A DNA stretch of 64,000 nucleotides from positions 36,456,001 through 36,520,000 of the forward strand of contig OX597822.1 in assembly GCA_951406725.2 (NCBI GenBank), written 5' to 3'. Numbering within the stretch: the first letter of the stretch is position 1; every line of letters starts with the position of its first letter. The position numbers were made by a program, and so were the translations under genes. Positions 38,370-50,776 of the stretch are shown one piece after another. This DNA is from Octopus vulgaris. Lineage: Eukaryota. The notes under the pieces were generated by a model, which had not been told where the DNA came from, did not search any database, and saw only the letters and a program-made list of their open reading frames with translations.

Positions 38370-39349
38370 CTACAAAGATATAGTAATTATGAAAACAAAT
38401 TAAATGTATTAGTTGTAATGTACTAAGGTGTTGAAAATTTTTATATGAGTCAATACATTATTTTTTTCGTAATGATGAGATAATTTAGAAAGAGAAATGA
38501 ATATGAAATATCTTAATTAAACTGTAAGATAGTAAGGTAAGCACCATAGAAAAAGATAAATTCTCAACAAAGAAAGTGCAGGTATGTGGTTAAGAAGTTT
38601 GCTTTGCAATTATGTAGTTCTGGGTTAATTCTCACTGCATGGTACTTGCAGAACCACTTTTACAAGACCCTCCTGCAGATCACCTTGATAAAGATTGACT
38701 GGTGATTTTAAGGAGACATGTTGGGTAACTCCTCGCAACCATCTCCGTATGCCATTTCCTGATGGACATAAAATTTATGTCTTGTGTATTTGCCTTATGA
38801 GTAGGTGAAATGTAAAGTAGGCTCATATGAAATATAGCCATAAGTGGCTACTAGTGATGTTACTGACTATCATCATTATTATCATTCACTTTCCATGAGT
38901 TAGACAGGTCGTCACAGTTTGAGTCAGTCCTTTGGAGTTACCACCGTCCTGGATGAATGGGAAGATCACATCTCCCTTGTATGTTTCAGTCTTGGCTTGG
39001 TTTCTACTATTAAATGCTCTTCCTATCACCAACCGCTTTACACGAGAATACTGAGTACATTTAATATGACACTGATACTAGTAAAGCTGTGATATTTTCA
39101 CAACGTTAAAGAGTCCTCTTGACTATGTCATCTCAACTTGATCACTAACCACTACAAAGAGTGCACTGGACTGGATGCATTTAATTGTGGCCCCAAGCAC
39201 TAATGGTTTCTTCTATAAGACTAACCCTTTACACACACACACATATTTCTGATAAAAACAAATAAAATTAAATAAATTCATTATTCACAATAACAAGGCA
39301 GATAAATGTTACATCCTTTTAACAATAACAGGAAAATATAAAACCTTAC

Positions 39350-39468
39350 ATGTAATATTTTCATAAGAACAACTTCATCCGAACTAGGATCTGTGCCAAC
39401 AAATCGAGCATGTGTTACAGCATCAGCGATATTTTCTATGGCTGGCGCTGCTGTTTTACAGGAAGGCT
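39350..39468 (-). CDS. GBF1: GBF1 exon, DCB domain
   Basis: tag|...|gtaagg, 119 nt, phase 1->0; [29 protein letters not shown]. Confidence 0.96.
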
Positions 39469-39818
39469 CTAAAACAAGACAAGAATTTAACAGGTTAAAT
39501 ACTGTTAGATACAATGAAAAGCAGAAATATCTATCATTTGAAGAGAAAGGGAATGAAGAAAAAAAAACATAAAAAAGGAAGACTTTTATAAAAATGTTTT
39601 AACAATAAGTGACTTCTTGTTCTCATCCTCTCCATACTTCCTGTCAGTATGGTCTTGTGCAGTAACTCATGGTCCATATTATGATAGTTTTGTGGACTTG
39701 TTACCTTCTAAATGCTACTGCCCCAGAAACAGTTATCTTTTTAAGAGTGGTGCTTAAAAGCTTGGAACAAACAATTTGATAAATCTGAAATCAAAATGAA
39801 ATAAAAACAGTTACTTAC

Positions 39819-39950
39819 CAATCAATCCATAGGAGATAAATTTGTTGACAGAGGTGAGAGCAAGTCCAGTGATTGGCCCTGTTGTATCTTCTGATCTGAT
39901 TACTCCAAGGAATGGACTTAAAAATGTATTTGGTTCTAGATCACCCAAAT
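39819..39950 (-). CDS. GBF1: GBF1 exon, DCB domain
   Basis: tag|...|gtaagt, 132 nt, phase 1->1; LGDLEPNTFLSPFLGVIRSEDTTGPITGLALTSVNKFISYGLI. Confidence 0.96.
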
Positions 39951-40249
39951 CTAAAAATAAAAATATGCAGAAATTTCATATGATTTGATGCTTAGAAACA
40001 TTCCAGAGAGATAGGACTCTTACACATTTTGTTATGTAATCTTCTCTAGTTTGTTAGTCACAGTTCAACTCTGATCAAGCAGGCATATGATCAAAGGTAT
40101 TCTAGCCATGACCATTCCATGTGGTGTTAGGCACCTAGACCTACACTATCTAATGTGTTCCTAATTATGAAAGATATGGTGTGATTTGAGGGAACTATTA
40201 CTAACAGATCATGTGCCCCGCAGGGATTCCATCATTGGCAAGAAGGAAG

Positions 40250-41560
40250 GCAATACCTGTAATTCTTTACAGGGCCCTGAAGAATGGTGACAAGGAAGGA
40301 AGAAAGTATCTGTAAACTGGAGTCCTGGCTCAAGGGCTTGCAACAGAGGGGACAGCACTAAAAGCATCCAAGGTGTTGGATGGTGGTGGCATTAAACAGA
40401 ACAACAGAATAAGTCTACCAATCAACTCTTTAACAGAAGAACATATAATATAAATTTTCTTTTCATTTATATAAGTCTAGAGGAAGGGGTAGGGCTCGTG
40501 ATCCATGCAGTCCTTCAAAGTCTGGTGAAATTGATACCATTAATGTTGTATTTCAATTATTGCAGGAAAGACATGAGTAGAGAGGAGATTCCAGAGGCCT
40601 GTTGCACTGGAGATGAAGGACTAAGCATAGCAATTAGTGCAAGGAAAGAATGGGTACCAAAAGGTAGAGAAATTAGCGGGACAGGGGTGCCTGGGTAATG
40701 GAGGTATGAGACCAACCAGCTCTGGGAAGAGGCTAAAGTGTTTCCATTAGTAATGGAGAGCGACTGAGTCAAGAGACCCTTACCTGGATAGAATCCAATA
40801 CGTCAACATGCCTAATAGCAGCACAATCCCAGATGTGGGCCTTGCCTGAGCCTTGTAGGGTGTCAACAGCTGTTGGAAAAATATCTTCTGATTCTAAAGA
40901 GAAAGGTTAGCTTTGGGAATATGTTCCAAGCTATGCTAAAGATGTCCTTTCACTAATAGAGATCTTCAGTGATTTGGATTAACCATGAGATTTATAGTTG
41001 AGTGCTGCTCATGTTTAAAGGAAAACTGTGATGGGAGTGATGTTTTCTTGATAGGATGAGCATGAGTTTTTTTTTGTGCTGTTAAAAGAGACAAGCTTGA
41101 TATGGTCTCACAGGATGATGCTCTCAAGGACTCCATTAATGGAATCACTGCAGGTGTGGTGTGCAGCGTTTAGGTTGCATGTGGATGATGCATAAATAGA
41201 GAAGGTTTCAGAGGACTAAAAGTTCATATCAACTGTGTAAAATTGGACATTGTTGGAAGTGAGCCAAGTAGGTTATTGAAGAGAAGGAGGAACAGAATAT
41301 AAGTTGGTGGCAGTGGGGTAGAAAGTGCACCATAAACCCATGCCACAATAGTACAATCTGATAAGAAACTGCTAATCCAAGAGACGAGAGATGTGTGGAA
41401 TCTATAGGTGAGAAATTTTGATAAAAGATTTGCATACCAGACACAGTCAATGGTATTGCTAATATCTAGAGTAACAACATTTCTTTCACCGAACTTCTCA
41501 GTGAGAACACACTGGTGGGTGACAGAGTAGATCTCCAGTTGACCATTCAGACTTTCAAAT
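40250..41560 (-). mobile_element. Decayed CR1/Jockey-group LINE RT fragment
   Basis: Minus translation STGDLL..EKFGERNVVTLDISNTIDCVWYANLLSK..SLVSWISSFLSD. Confidence 0.7.
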
Positions 41561-41621
41561 GTAACAACCAGTGGGTATTTTGCCTATTTACACCTGTCTA
41601 TTATTATTCTTTCTTTTTTAT

Positions 41622-42190
41622 TATATATATAGATTAAGAAGGACTGGAAATGTTTGAAAGTGAAGACATTTATGTGTTTTCTTTAAACAATTGTTTTACA
41701 TTTGATTGTTTTGGTGTCTTCAAGCCATGAAGTCGTTGTTCTAAAAGAACGCTGGTCTCCTTCACAACGCATTACGACGTTGATTTCTTTACACTCCCTT
41801 CCCCACAGCTTCACGAGGGAGGGAAGGGGAGAAGCAAACAGGTGCAGTTGTGAGCGTGGACGCCAACTCCGCCGCCATCGACACACGATGCATTTTATGC
41901 ATTAAAATGGAATAAAAAATGTTGTTAAATTATTTTTAAAATCGTAGACTCATCGTTGACGCGCGCTAATAGTCAGACGGGCTCGATATGAATCACGACT
42001 ATAAGATACCCGAATTTGGTTAAACTGCACCGCAAAATGTGGGAGGAGTTAGGAATCTAAATCGAAGGGGACAGACACTCACACAACTAGAGTTTTATAT
42101 ATATAGATATAGATTAAGAAGGACTGGAAGTGTTTGAAAGTGAAGACATTTATGTGTTTTCTTTAAACAATTGTTTTACATTTGATTGTT
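41622..42190 (+). mobile_element. Young Helitron-like element with an 80-bp direct duplication (480-bp period)
   Basis: CpG-rich body ending GACAGACACTCACACAACTAGAGTTTTATATATATAGAT; 41631-41710 equals 42111-42190 except for one base. Confidence 0.6.
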
Positions 42191-42896
42191 CCTCCAAACA
42201 CATATTTATAAGAGGAATATAGATACATAATTCCCAACTAAACAAATGAAATTAGCATGCTTGTCCTATAACAAAAAAACCTCGGAACACAATACAATGA
42301 GAGGGTTTGACCCAGTGAATCATCAATAAAGTGCTCAACATCTTAAACTACATGGCCATCATATATTGCCCTTTGGAAGATTAAAATTATGAAGTTACAG
42401 TAAAATTATATTAACAGCATAGTAGGTGTTAGCAGTCCAATCCATGCCAGTATGGAAAACAGACATTAGATGGTGATATACAAAATATTTAAAATTTAAA
42501 TTGAGAAAATAAATACACATTAAAATCAATGACTAACATTAGTCTTGAATTTTTCTAGTAAATATACAAAAAAAGAAGCTTCAAAAAGTTGCTAAGTATT
42601 TTATATATAGAGTGACTAGAACCAGAAGTGCAATTTTTAAAATTATATTTATAAAAAATTTATTGAGGGAGATTTAGCTGCCATTTGTAGCAGGTTGAAT
42701 GACTCTGTAGAGATTCCATCATTAGCTTGTAACAGAAGGTGGCAGGAGGAAGATCAAAGAGTCCACATAAAATAATTAGTATCAGTTTGTATATAATGTT
42801 CAGCTTAGCTTGATGGATGAGATAATACAAAATGAGATGAAATGAATAAATTGTTATTGTCCTCAAAGATCTGCTCAATACAAAAGACAGACTTAC

Positions 42897-42963
42897 CTGC
42901 CACTGTGTTAAGCACATCTTTTAGCTGAGAAAAGCTGCTTAATATTGGATCAGCATCGTCATC
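42897..42963 (-). CDS. GBF1: GBF1 coding exon (first found in window; DCB domain)
   Basis: ttacag|...|gtaagt, 67 nt, phase 0->1; DDDADPILSSFSQLKDVLNTVA resembles human DEERDPLLHSFGHLKEVLNSIT. Confidence 0.92.
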
Positions 42964-43121
42964 CTGTAATTGGGAAAAATTATAAAAACAGTAGTAATAT
43001 AAAAAATGAATCAAAAGTAAATAATTTGAAAATTGAAAATAGAATAAATTTAGAAAACATTTAACTTGCATTTGTGTAGAAAGCAATCAAAGACAGGGCT
43101 ATTAAATTATTCACCAAGTAG

Positions 43122-43684
43122 AAATTTGCTGTAAGTGTTAAAATTTATAAAGTAATCATTTACCCTCTTCTTTAACCTCACGTTAGCCCTAATTGAAAAG
43201 AGCCATGGTCAGAGGCAACCTATTGCATATCTCCCAAATTTACTGTAAGTGTTAAAATTTATAATCATTTACCCTCTTTTTTAACCTCCCGTTAGCCCTG
43301 ATTGAAAAGAGCCATGATCAGTGGCAACCTATTGCATATCTCCCAAATTTGCTGTAAGTGTTAAAATTTATAAAGTAATCATTTACCCTCTTTTTTAACC
43401 TCACGTTAGACCCGATTGAAAAGAACCATGATCAGAGGCAACCTATTGCATATCTCCCAAATTTGCTGTAAGTGTTAAAATTTATAATCATTTACCCTCT
43501 TTTTTAACCTCACGTTAGCCCTGATTGAAAAGAGCCATGGTCAGAGGCAACCTACTGCATATCTCCCAAATTTGCTGTAAGTGTTAAAATTTATAAAGTA
43601 ATCATTTACCCCCTTTTTTACCCTCACGTTAGCCCCGATTAAAAAGAGCTATGATCAGAGGCAACCTATTGCATATCTCCCAAA
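43122..43684. repeat. Tandem minisatellite, 5 units alternating 114/109 bp
   Basis: AAATTT(G/A)CTGTAAG unit starts at 43122, 43236, 43345, 43459 and 43568; the array ends at about 43684. Confidence 0.95.
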
Positions 43685-43879
43685 CACTCTCCCATCATAT
43701 TCACTTCAAACAACACAAAGGCAACAGAGACAGCCAATTACAATATCTTTCTCTAACACCTTTCATCATTCTCCCTCTTTAATAATCACTGCTACAGCTT
43801 TCATATAACCAAATTGACTTATGACCTACTTTCCCATATCATTCACCAGTAGGTTGTTATTTTTGAGAAATTTGGTTAA

Positions 43880-44990
43880 AAGTAGTATTGTTCTCTTCCC
43901 AACAACAAAGTTTTTGACTGTTTTTGACATGATTCTCCAGTCAAAACTGCCCTTACAAGTGCTTCACCCATATTTCTTGGATTGGGAGCGTTTCGTTGTA
44001 AGACTTGCTGATACAACTCTCTCTGACCCACACTATAATAACCCTGCATTCAGTTTTGTCCCTCACGCTCTTCTTCCATTACATTAATGATTTACTTGGC
44101 ATCATCTCCAACAACACCCGCTCCTGTACAGATAATATTTCCCTCTGGTCCTCCTTAAGTGAGGGCACATGGCTCAGTGGTTAGAGCATCAGGCTCACAA
44201 TCATGAGGTAGTGAGTTTGATTCCCAGACTGGGCTGTGTGTTGTGTTCTTGAGCAAGACACTTTATTTCACGTTGCTCCAGTTCACTCAGCTGTAGAAAT
44301 GAGTTGTGATGTCATTGGTGCCAAGCTGTATTGGCCTTTGCCTTCCCCTTGGATAAAATCATAGGTGTGAGTAGAGAAGGCTGGTATGCAAGGGTAACTG
44401 CTGGTCTTCCACAAACAACATTGCCCGGACTTGTGCCTCAGATGGCAACTTTCTAGGTGCAATCCCATGGGCATTCCTGACTGAAGGGGGTCTTTACCCT
44501 GATGCCTCCTAACCTTCTATATTCTGTACACATCAAGAAAACTCTATCACAACTCACTCCCTTTAAACATGACTGACATGCAACTGGAGCCATTGCTATC
44601 ACTGAGAATCTCTCTTGACTAATTCAAGTATAAGCAGTCTAGAGAGCTCAGATAACACCCCATAATAATATACTTCTCCCTCATCTGAGATGGTGCTGCT
44701 CTCTGTCCAGAGAAAGGCCACTCACCTAACTGGTATGAAGTCACTTACAACCACACTCCAATCTTCGTGCTGTCCCAAATGTACCATCTCATCTCCCAGT
44801 CTTTTCTGCTGTTACTATAATGACCTCAGGTCTTTAGATCTGACTGGTTTCATTCTACTTCTCAAACACTTTCAATTCATTCTTCTCTTCTCCCATCACA
44901 TATATTGCATCCAACTCCACCAAACCCTCTAGATGTCCTCTTTGCACATGTCTTTTCCACAAATCTCAACCCACAACAGTTTAGGTAGAA
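43880..44990 (+). mobile_element. Old CR1/Jockey-group LINE remnant interrupted by a SINE
   Basis: KVFDCF*HD-like RT motif at about 43908 and decayed similarity to the 40250-41560 element. Confidence 0.45.
44160..44500 (+). mobile_element. tRNA-derived CORE-type SINE (family C), full length
   Basis: TGGCTCAGTGGTTAGAGC A box, GAGTTTGATTCCC B box, CORE-like block, GGGGTCTTTACCCT tail. Confidence 0.8.
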
Positions 44991-46309
44991 TATATATAGA
45001 ATCAATCTCACAAGTCTGAAGTCCTGCAAAAGCTATAGCACAAATCCTTCACCCAAACCAAATTAAAACACAAAACAAAACAGAATCAAGGACTACATTA
45101 TCCATTTTAAAATAGTAGGGTGTAATTTGAGTGACATCTAACTCTTAACAAGTTGGGTGACTACATAGAAACTCCTTTATTGGCTTACTCATCTGTAGTC
45201 TAAAGGAATATGTGAAGCTGAAGAATCTTATGTAGAGAATATGAAAAGATCTTGGATCCAACTTGGTCTACAAACATCACTGCCAAATCTTGTTGATTAC
45301 TTTTTCCTCTGAGCCGATGTAGTGAAAATGTCAGGCACAACATTTACATTAAAATATCTGATAAAAACTGTCGCTGTATGTAATATTATATTAATATAGT
45401 CAGAGTAAATTCTATTATTTGTGACAGACTGAATAAGTGGAGGAGGGAGACATACATGTCTATTTGAACTGATTTAGATAAAAAAAAACGTATGACTGAT
45501 AAAACAATTTTCATTTTCCAATCAATAAAAAAAATGGAAGAACACACTATATGAATTGATAATGTAAACATAACATGAAGTTCAAGGGAAACAATATGGA
45601 GGACAGCACAATGAGTTATAGTCTTGTCTTCAATCAATTTGTAACCTATCTAAAAAGCTTATCAGCTTTCTAAAGAGATTCATTGATTTGTTGGATTGTC
45701 TTTCTTTTACATTATTTTTTCTTTACATTATGATGATCTACATTAATGAGAGCAGAGATGTTCTGAAAGGCAAACAGCTTAAGTAAACAGATGTATTATA
45801 ATAACTGATCTTAAGTTGGGTAATAGTGTTTCCTTGAAGGTTGAGTGGGGGGTGAGATTCTAGGTACTTGGAGGGAAGGGTGAATTTTAGAAACAAAATA
45901 TTTAGAGCAGGTCCAAATTTTATATTTTAAACACATTTTCAAAAAAAAGGAAAAGAAAAAATTTTATGAGTAGAATATTATTGTATTATCAATGAACAAA
46001 AATGATTGATGATGCACGAGGTTCAATCTAATTTCACTACATGCCCTCACTCCTAGTAATTTCCATAAAAATTTAACATAGGGGTCACTAGTTTAGTTCA
46101 TGCAAATATCTAAAAAGAGACGCATGCCAGAAGGAATTTATAGTTGAATTTATAATTATGCAAAAAAAAAAAAAAAGATTTACACAAAATTAGCTTTTCT
46201 TTATTTTATGTTTTACTTTACTTATGTTGTTAAACATTTCACTTGGTCCATCAAATACTGCAAGAATGAACAATAACCTGCTATGGGCCACACAGGGATT
46301 TCTATGATA

Positions 46310-46620
46310 CTTATCATCCAAATTATTTAATATCCACTTTCCATGTTGGCATGAGTTGGGTGGTTTGACTGAGGACTGGCAAGCCATGAGGCTGCACCAG
46401 GTTCCAATCTGATCTGGCAAAGTTTCTACAGCTGGATGCCCTGGTGCTTTTTACGTGCCACCAGCATAGGAGCCAGTCAGGCAGCACTGGCATCGACCAT
46501 GCTTGAATGGTGCTTTTTATGTTCCACTGGCATTAGCCACACCTGAATGGTGCTTTTCATGTGCCACTGACATGGGTGCCAGTCAAGTGGCACTGGCATC
46601 GACTATAGTCTCACTTGAGT
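46310..46620 (-). mobile_element. RTE-type 3' tail with tandem units
   Basis: Three GGTGCTTTT(T)ACGTGCCAC-type motifs plus the shared tail. Confidence 0.8.
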
Positions 46621-49600
46621 CAATAGGTCTTCTCAAGCACAGCATATTGCCCGACAATTGAAGGGCACTTTTAAATGGGCTGGTTATGCGACAATCTCAG
46701 AACTCGTCACTGTCCCCAATGAAGTAGTTTCTGAGCATGTCTCCAATAAAACAGTTTTCTGGGAAATTTGAGTTATTCATTTATTATTATTTTTATCATT
46801 ATTATTAGCAGCAGCAGCAAATGTTATTATTGTAAAACATGGGGAACTGGGTGTAAAAATTTGTAAATATTACTTGGTGAAAGGGGATACTAAGTTACAA
46901 AAGGTTGAAAACCAGTTTCACAGTAATGGAAGTGGTTCTTGCACTGAATACTTCAAGTTTGACAATACAAAGGGATGAAAGAATATTGCTTGGAGTCAAC
47001 AAAGTATTCTGTGAAAAGAAATCAAAATTTTAAAATGCTGAATGTTTTGAGTCAAAACCATTTGTGACAATATTTCTAACAAAAGGCATCACTTAAGTAT
47101 TTCAATTAAATTTAGAAAATAAAGAATTTTTTGGTGGGTGGAGGGATGTAGTAATGTAACAAAAAGTTCCTGCATTAAAAAGATTATTTCAGAAGGTTTT
47201 AATTTAGATGAAAACACTTGAACCCTGTCATTATGGAAATCAGATCTAGATCTACTCAAAATTTCATTATCCTTTGTAGAGGAATGTCATGTTTTGAAAC
47301 TAATTTTTTGTTGAGCTCTGTCAAGTTTACTTGAGGCAACATGACTTGTAGAGAATATCAATTCTACTTTTGGCAAACATTTAACATCATTACTGGAATA
47401 ACCATGAAATTTAATTTTGCAGTTTAAGGGTTAAAATGGAGAGTTTTTATTGATAAAACTAGAAGCATACTTAGGTAGGATGGTATCAAAGAGATTAAAC
47501 AGAATGAGGTCTTAAAATATGTCAATTATTTAACAATCCAAGAACACTACAATGGCAGTAGATTACTTCCTGTGTTTATCAGTCTTTTTTTTTTCTTTTT
47601 TTTTTTTGCTGGCATCATTAATTTATTTTAGCATTTACATGACTAACCAGTCAGCCACAGAACAATTAGCATAATATAAAAGAACAATATATTTATAAAT
47701 AATTTATTTCAAACTAACAGAAATTATCCGCATGATATAAATATTTTATAGAATATTTATCTAAAACAATTTCAAATTTGTGAAATTTGACCAATTAATA
47801 TCTAATTAACATGAGTTAGCGAAAGAGAGTTTCAATTATCAGTCAGTAAAAATAAATAGAATCCAATGTGTGTCAATGAACAATAAATTGCCACCAGTTC
47901 TTGTAGAAAGGGAAGCAAGATCAGAGAATATCTACTTATTTGGCATGACATTTGAATATCATGATAGAGTCAGATAGTCAGAGATTTACAAGAAGGTTAT
48001 TTAGATATCTTGAGGTTATAGACAAAAATATTTTGGTCACTGCATTTGCAGTTAGTAAAATGGCATTATGTCCAGAATAAATATGAAGAAACATAGAAAT
48101 AGCAACTATAGCTGTGCTACAAAGATACACACACATCATCATCATCATCATCATCCTTTTACATTTGATTTCCATTGTGACAGAATCATGAGTCTGAGAA
48201 TTGTGGCATGCTCTAATGTTTCAGTTTTGGTATGGTTTCTATGACTTTATGCTTTTCCAGTGCCAACCACTTCAGAAAGCATCAAAGGTAGTTTTAGTGG
48301 GTGGGCACCAGTACAACAAGTCTATTTTGCAATTTGTAGACTAAAGATTCTAAAAAGTATACACAACCCTGCTTAAATCACTAAGAAATCTAGCTCCACA
48401 ACAACAGCCTTAAGGTGATACCTAAGAAATCTATTTCCCTTCTTACTCATAACACCACAATTCAACTAATATCAAAATACATCTAACCATCACATTCAAC
48501 AATGTAGTATACACTCACACACACAAAAGAAAAAACAAAATACCAAGAGTTACATACATCTCCTCGACATCATTTACATCAAACATATAAGCTGTCTTAA
48601 AGAGATTGTATTTAGTATTGATACTGAGTTCTGTGTATGGTAACTAATTTGGAAAATATATATAAAACCATTAATTTAACATACACTTTTCCATGAACAC
48701 ATGGGTCAAATGGAACTTTATTGGAGCATATTTACTATGGCAGGATGCCCTTCCTGTTAGCAATTCTCACCTGTTTCTAGGCAAGTGAATATTTCCCTTA
48801 TGATCAGACATGTGATTATGAGATAACGAAATTAGGAGATAGTAACACACACACATACTTATATATAAAATATTAGTAGAGACAGTGTGTACACACACAC
48901 ACACACACACACACTTGTGTGTAGGTTTGTTTTGGCATCCTTGAAATTTTTCTTTTTCAAGAATTTCTACATATTTCTATTTTAGGAAATTAGAGCATAC
49001 AATTCTGCCAAAAAAAAATTTTTTTTTTTTAAACATGTTAATATTTCCCTTTTTTTTCCCAGCTGCCTCTACTTTATTTCTGCATAAACAACCTGCTGTA
49101 GCTATTGTATTTCTAAATTTTGCTTTTGAAATATTGTTTCTGAATTACATCTCTGAAACACATGAATTTCCAAAACAAAATTTATCACAAAATATATTTT
49201 CCATGGAAGTGGGGTTTATTCCCAAATCTAGTCTTTATGTATATATAGACTGACAGGTAGAACAATAGGTCCTTTCAGTGCCTGGCTTGTGTATCTGCCT
49301 CTACCATTGCTGTTGAACAGCAACAACAAAAACACTTGTGTTTTCCTTTACCATTGCTACTGAACAACAGCAAAAACCGACCACCATGGCTTCCACTACC
49401 ACTCCTGTTGAAGAACATCATCCTATGTCTTCCTCTCCCACCACCTCTCAACAACAACTGATGTCTGTGTCTTCCCCTACCATTCCTATTGAAGAAGAAC
49501 AACAAAAATTGACCATCAATACAGAGTTTGCTGAAATACAACAAATGATTTCTGCTTTAAGCTGAGAAATAGCAGAAATCAAATCAAGCATTCATGTGGA

Positions 49601-50776
49601 ACCCCACAATGAGGGATCTTATTGGTATGCCTGGTTAAAAAATCTCGCTGTAGCTCTTGCTGAATCTAGATGCATCGACAAAGCCACTGAATCTGTCAAC
49701 CATGAAGTAATTGCCATTGGTGTATCAGAGAACATAGCTGACCTTCTGGCATTTGCCACCAGCTCATCCAAAGACCTAAGCTGTACTCCTCTGAAGGGTG
49801 CTCTCCACCTTTGTCAAACAGGTTTGAAACCCAGACTAATCAGGCTGTCTTTTTCAAACTCTACTGAGGCACTTTCATACCTTTTAGCCTCTGATAAAGC
49901 TAGGTGTGAAAATAGGATTACCTTTAGAACATGCTCTGGCCTACCACCTGATGTATGTCCAAAGTTATGTGCTACAGCTTCCTTAAATTACAACTCAGCA
50001 CAACATGAAAGCTTCAGCCTACGTGATGATGGGCAGATATGGAAGTTTATTAAGGCTGGTGAAACATGGAAAAGAGATACCAGCTGGTCAGAACACACTG
50101 TACCCACAATAGCTGCCAATGAAAAAACTGTGGGAAACTAAATCAGAACAATTTGCCATCCCCTACACATCATCATAAACTGAAATCTAGGTACAAATTG
50201 TTGTCCTTAAATGCTCGTAGTTTGTGCAACACGATACATATTTTTGATTCTTATGTCAAAAGTATTGACCTCAATTTCATTACAGTCATGGAAACATGGG
50301 CACATTCTTTAATCTGTGATGGAGTTTTCAGCATAGTTGGCTACATCTTGTTTTGCAAAGGCTGCATTAATCATGGTGGTGGTGGTGTGATGATCTACAT
50401 TCATTCAAACTTTCCAGCAATTCCTTCTGTTGATTTGAACCAATCACAACAAGAAGTATTTTTCTGCAATATATGTATGACCATGTCAACACTTCTACTT
50501 GGAGTTGTTTTCAATATGGGCAGCATATGAATTCAATATGGACAGCATGCGCAGTATCAGTACTGCATAGGCACAAAAAACACCCCAAAAGTGCAATTTG
50601 GAAGACTGCAGCAGTCTGACTTGCCGGGAAAGAACATTGCAACGCTGAATGGGAATACAAACTGCATAAATAAGATATAAATAGAAAAAAGTGCAATAAA
50701 TCATCCAACCACCTCAAGCAGGTAACAAAAAGGGCAGTGCTTGAATTTGAACAGCGTATAGCAACCAACCCTGACA

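Noticed and set aside
44160-44235. tRNA-like sequences (also 10442 and 22119)
   Set aside because: They are SINE heads continuing into repeat bodies, with no intact cloverleaf.
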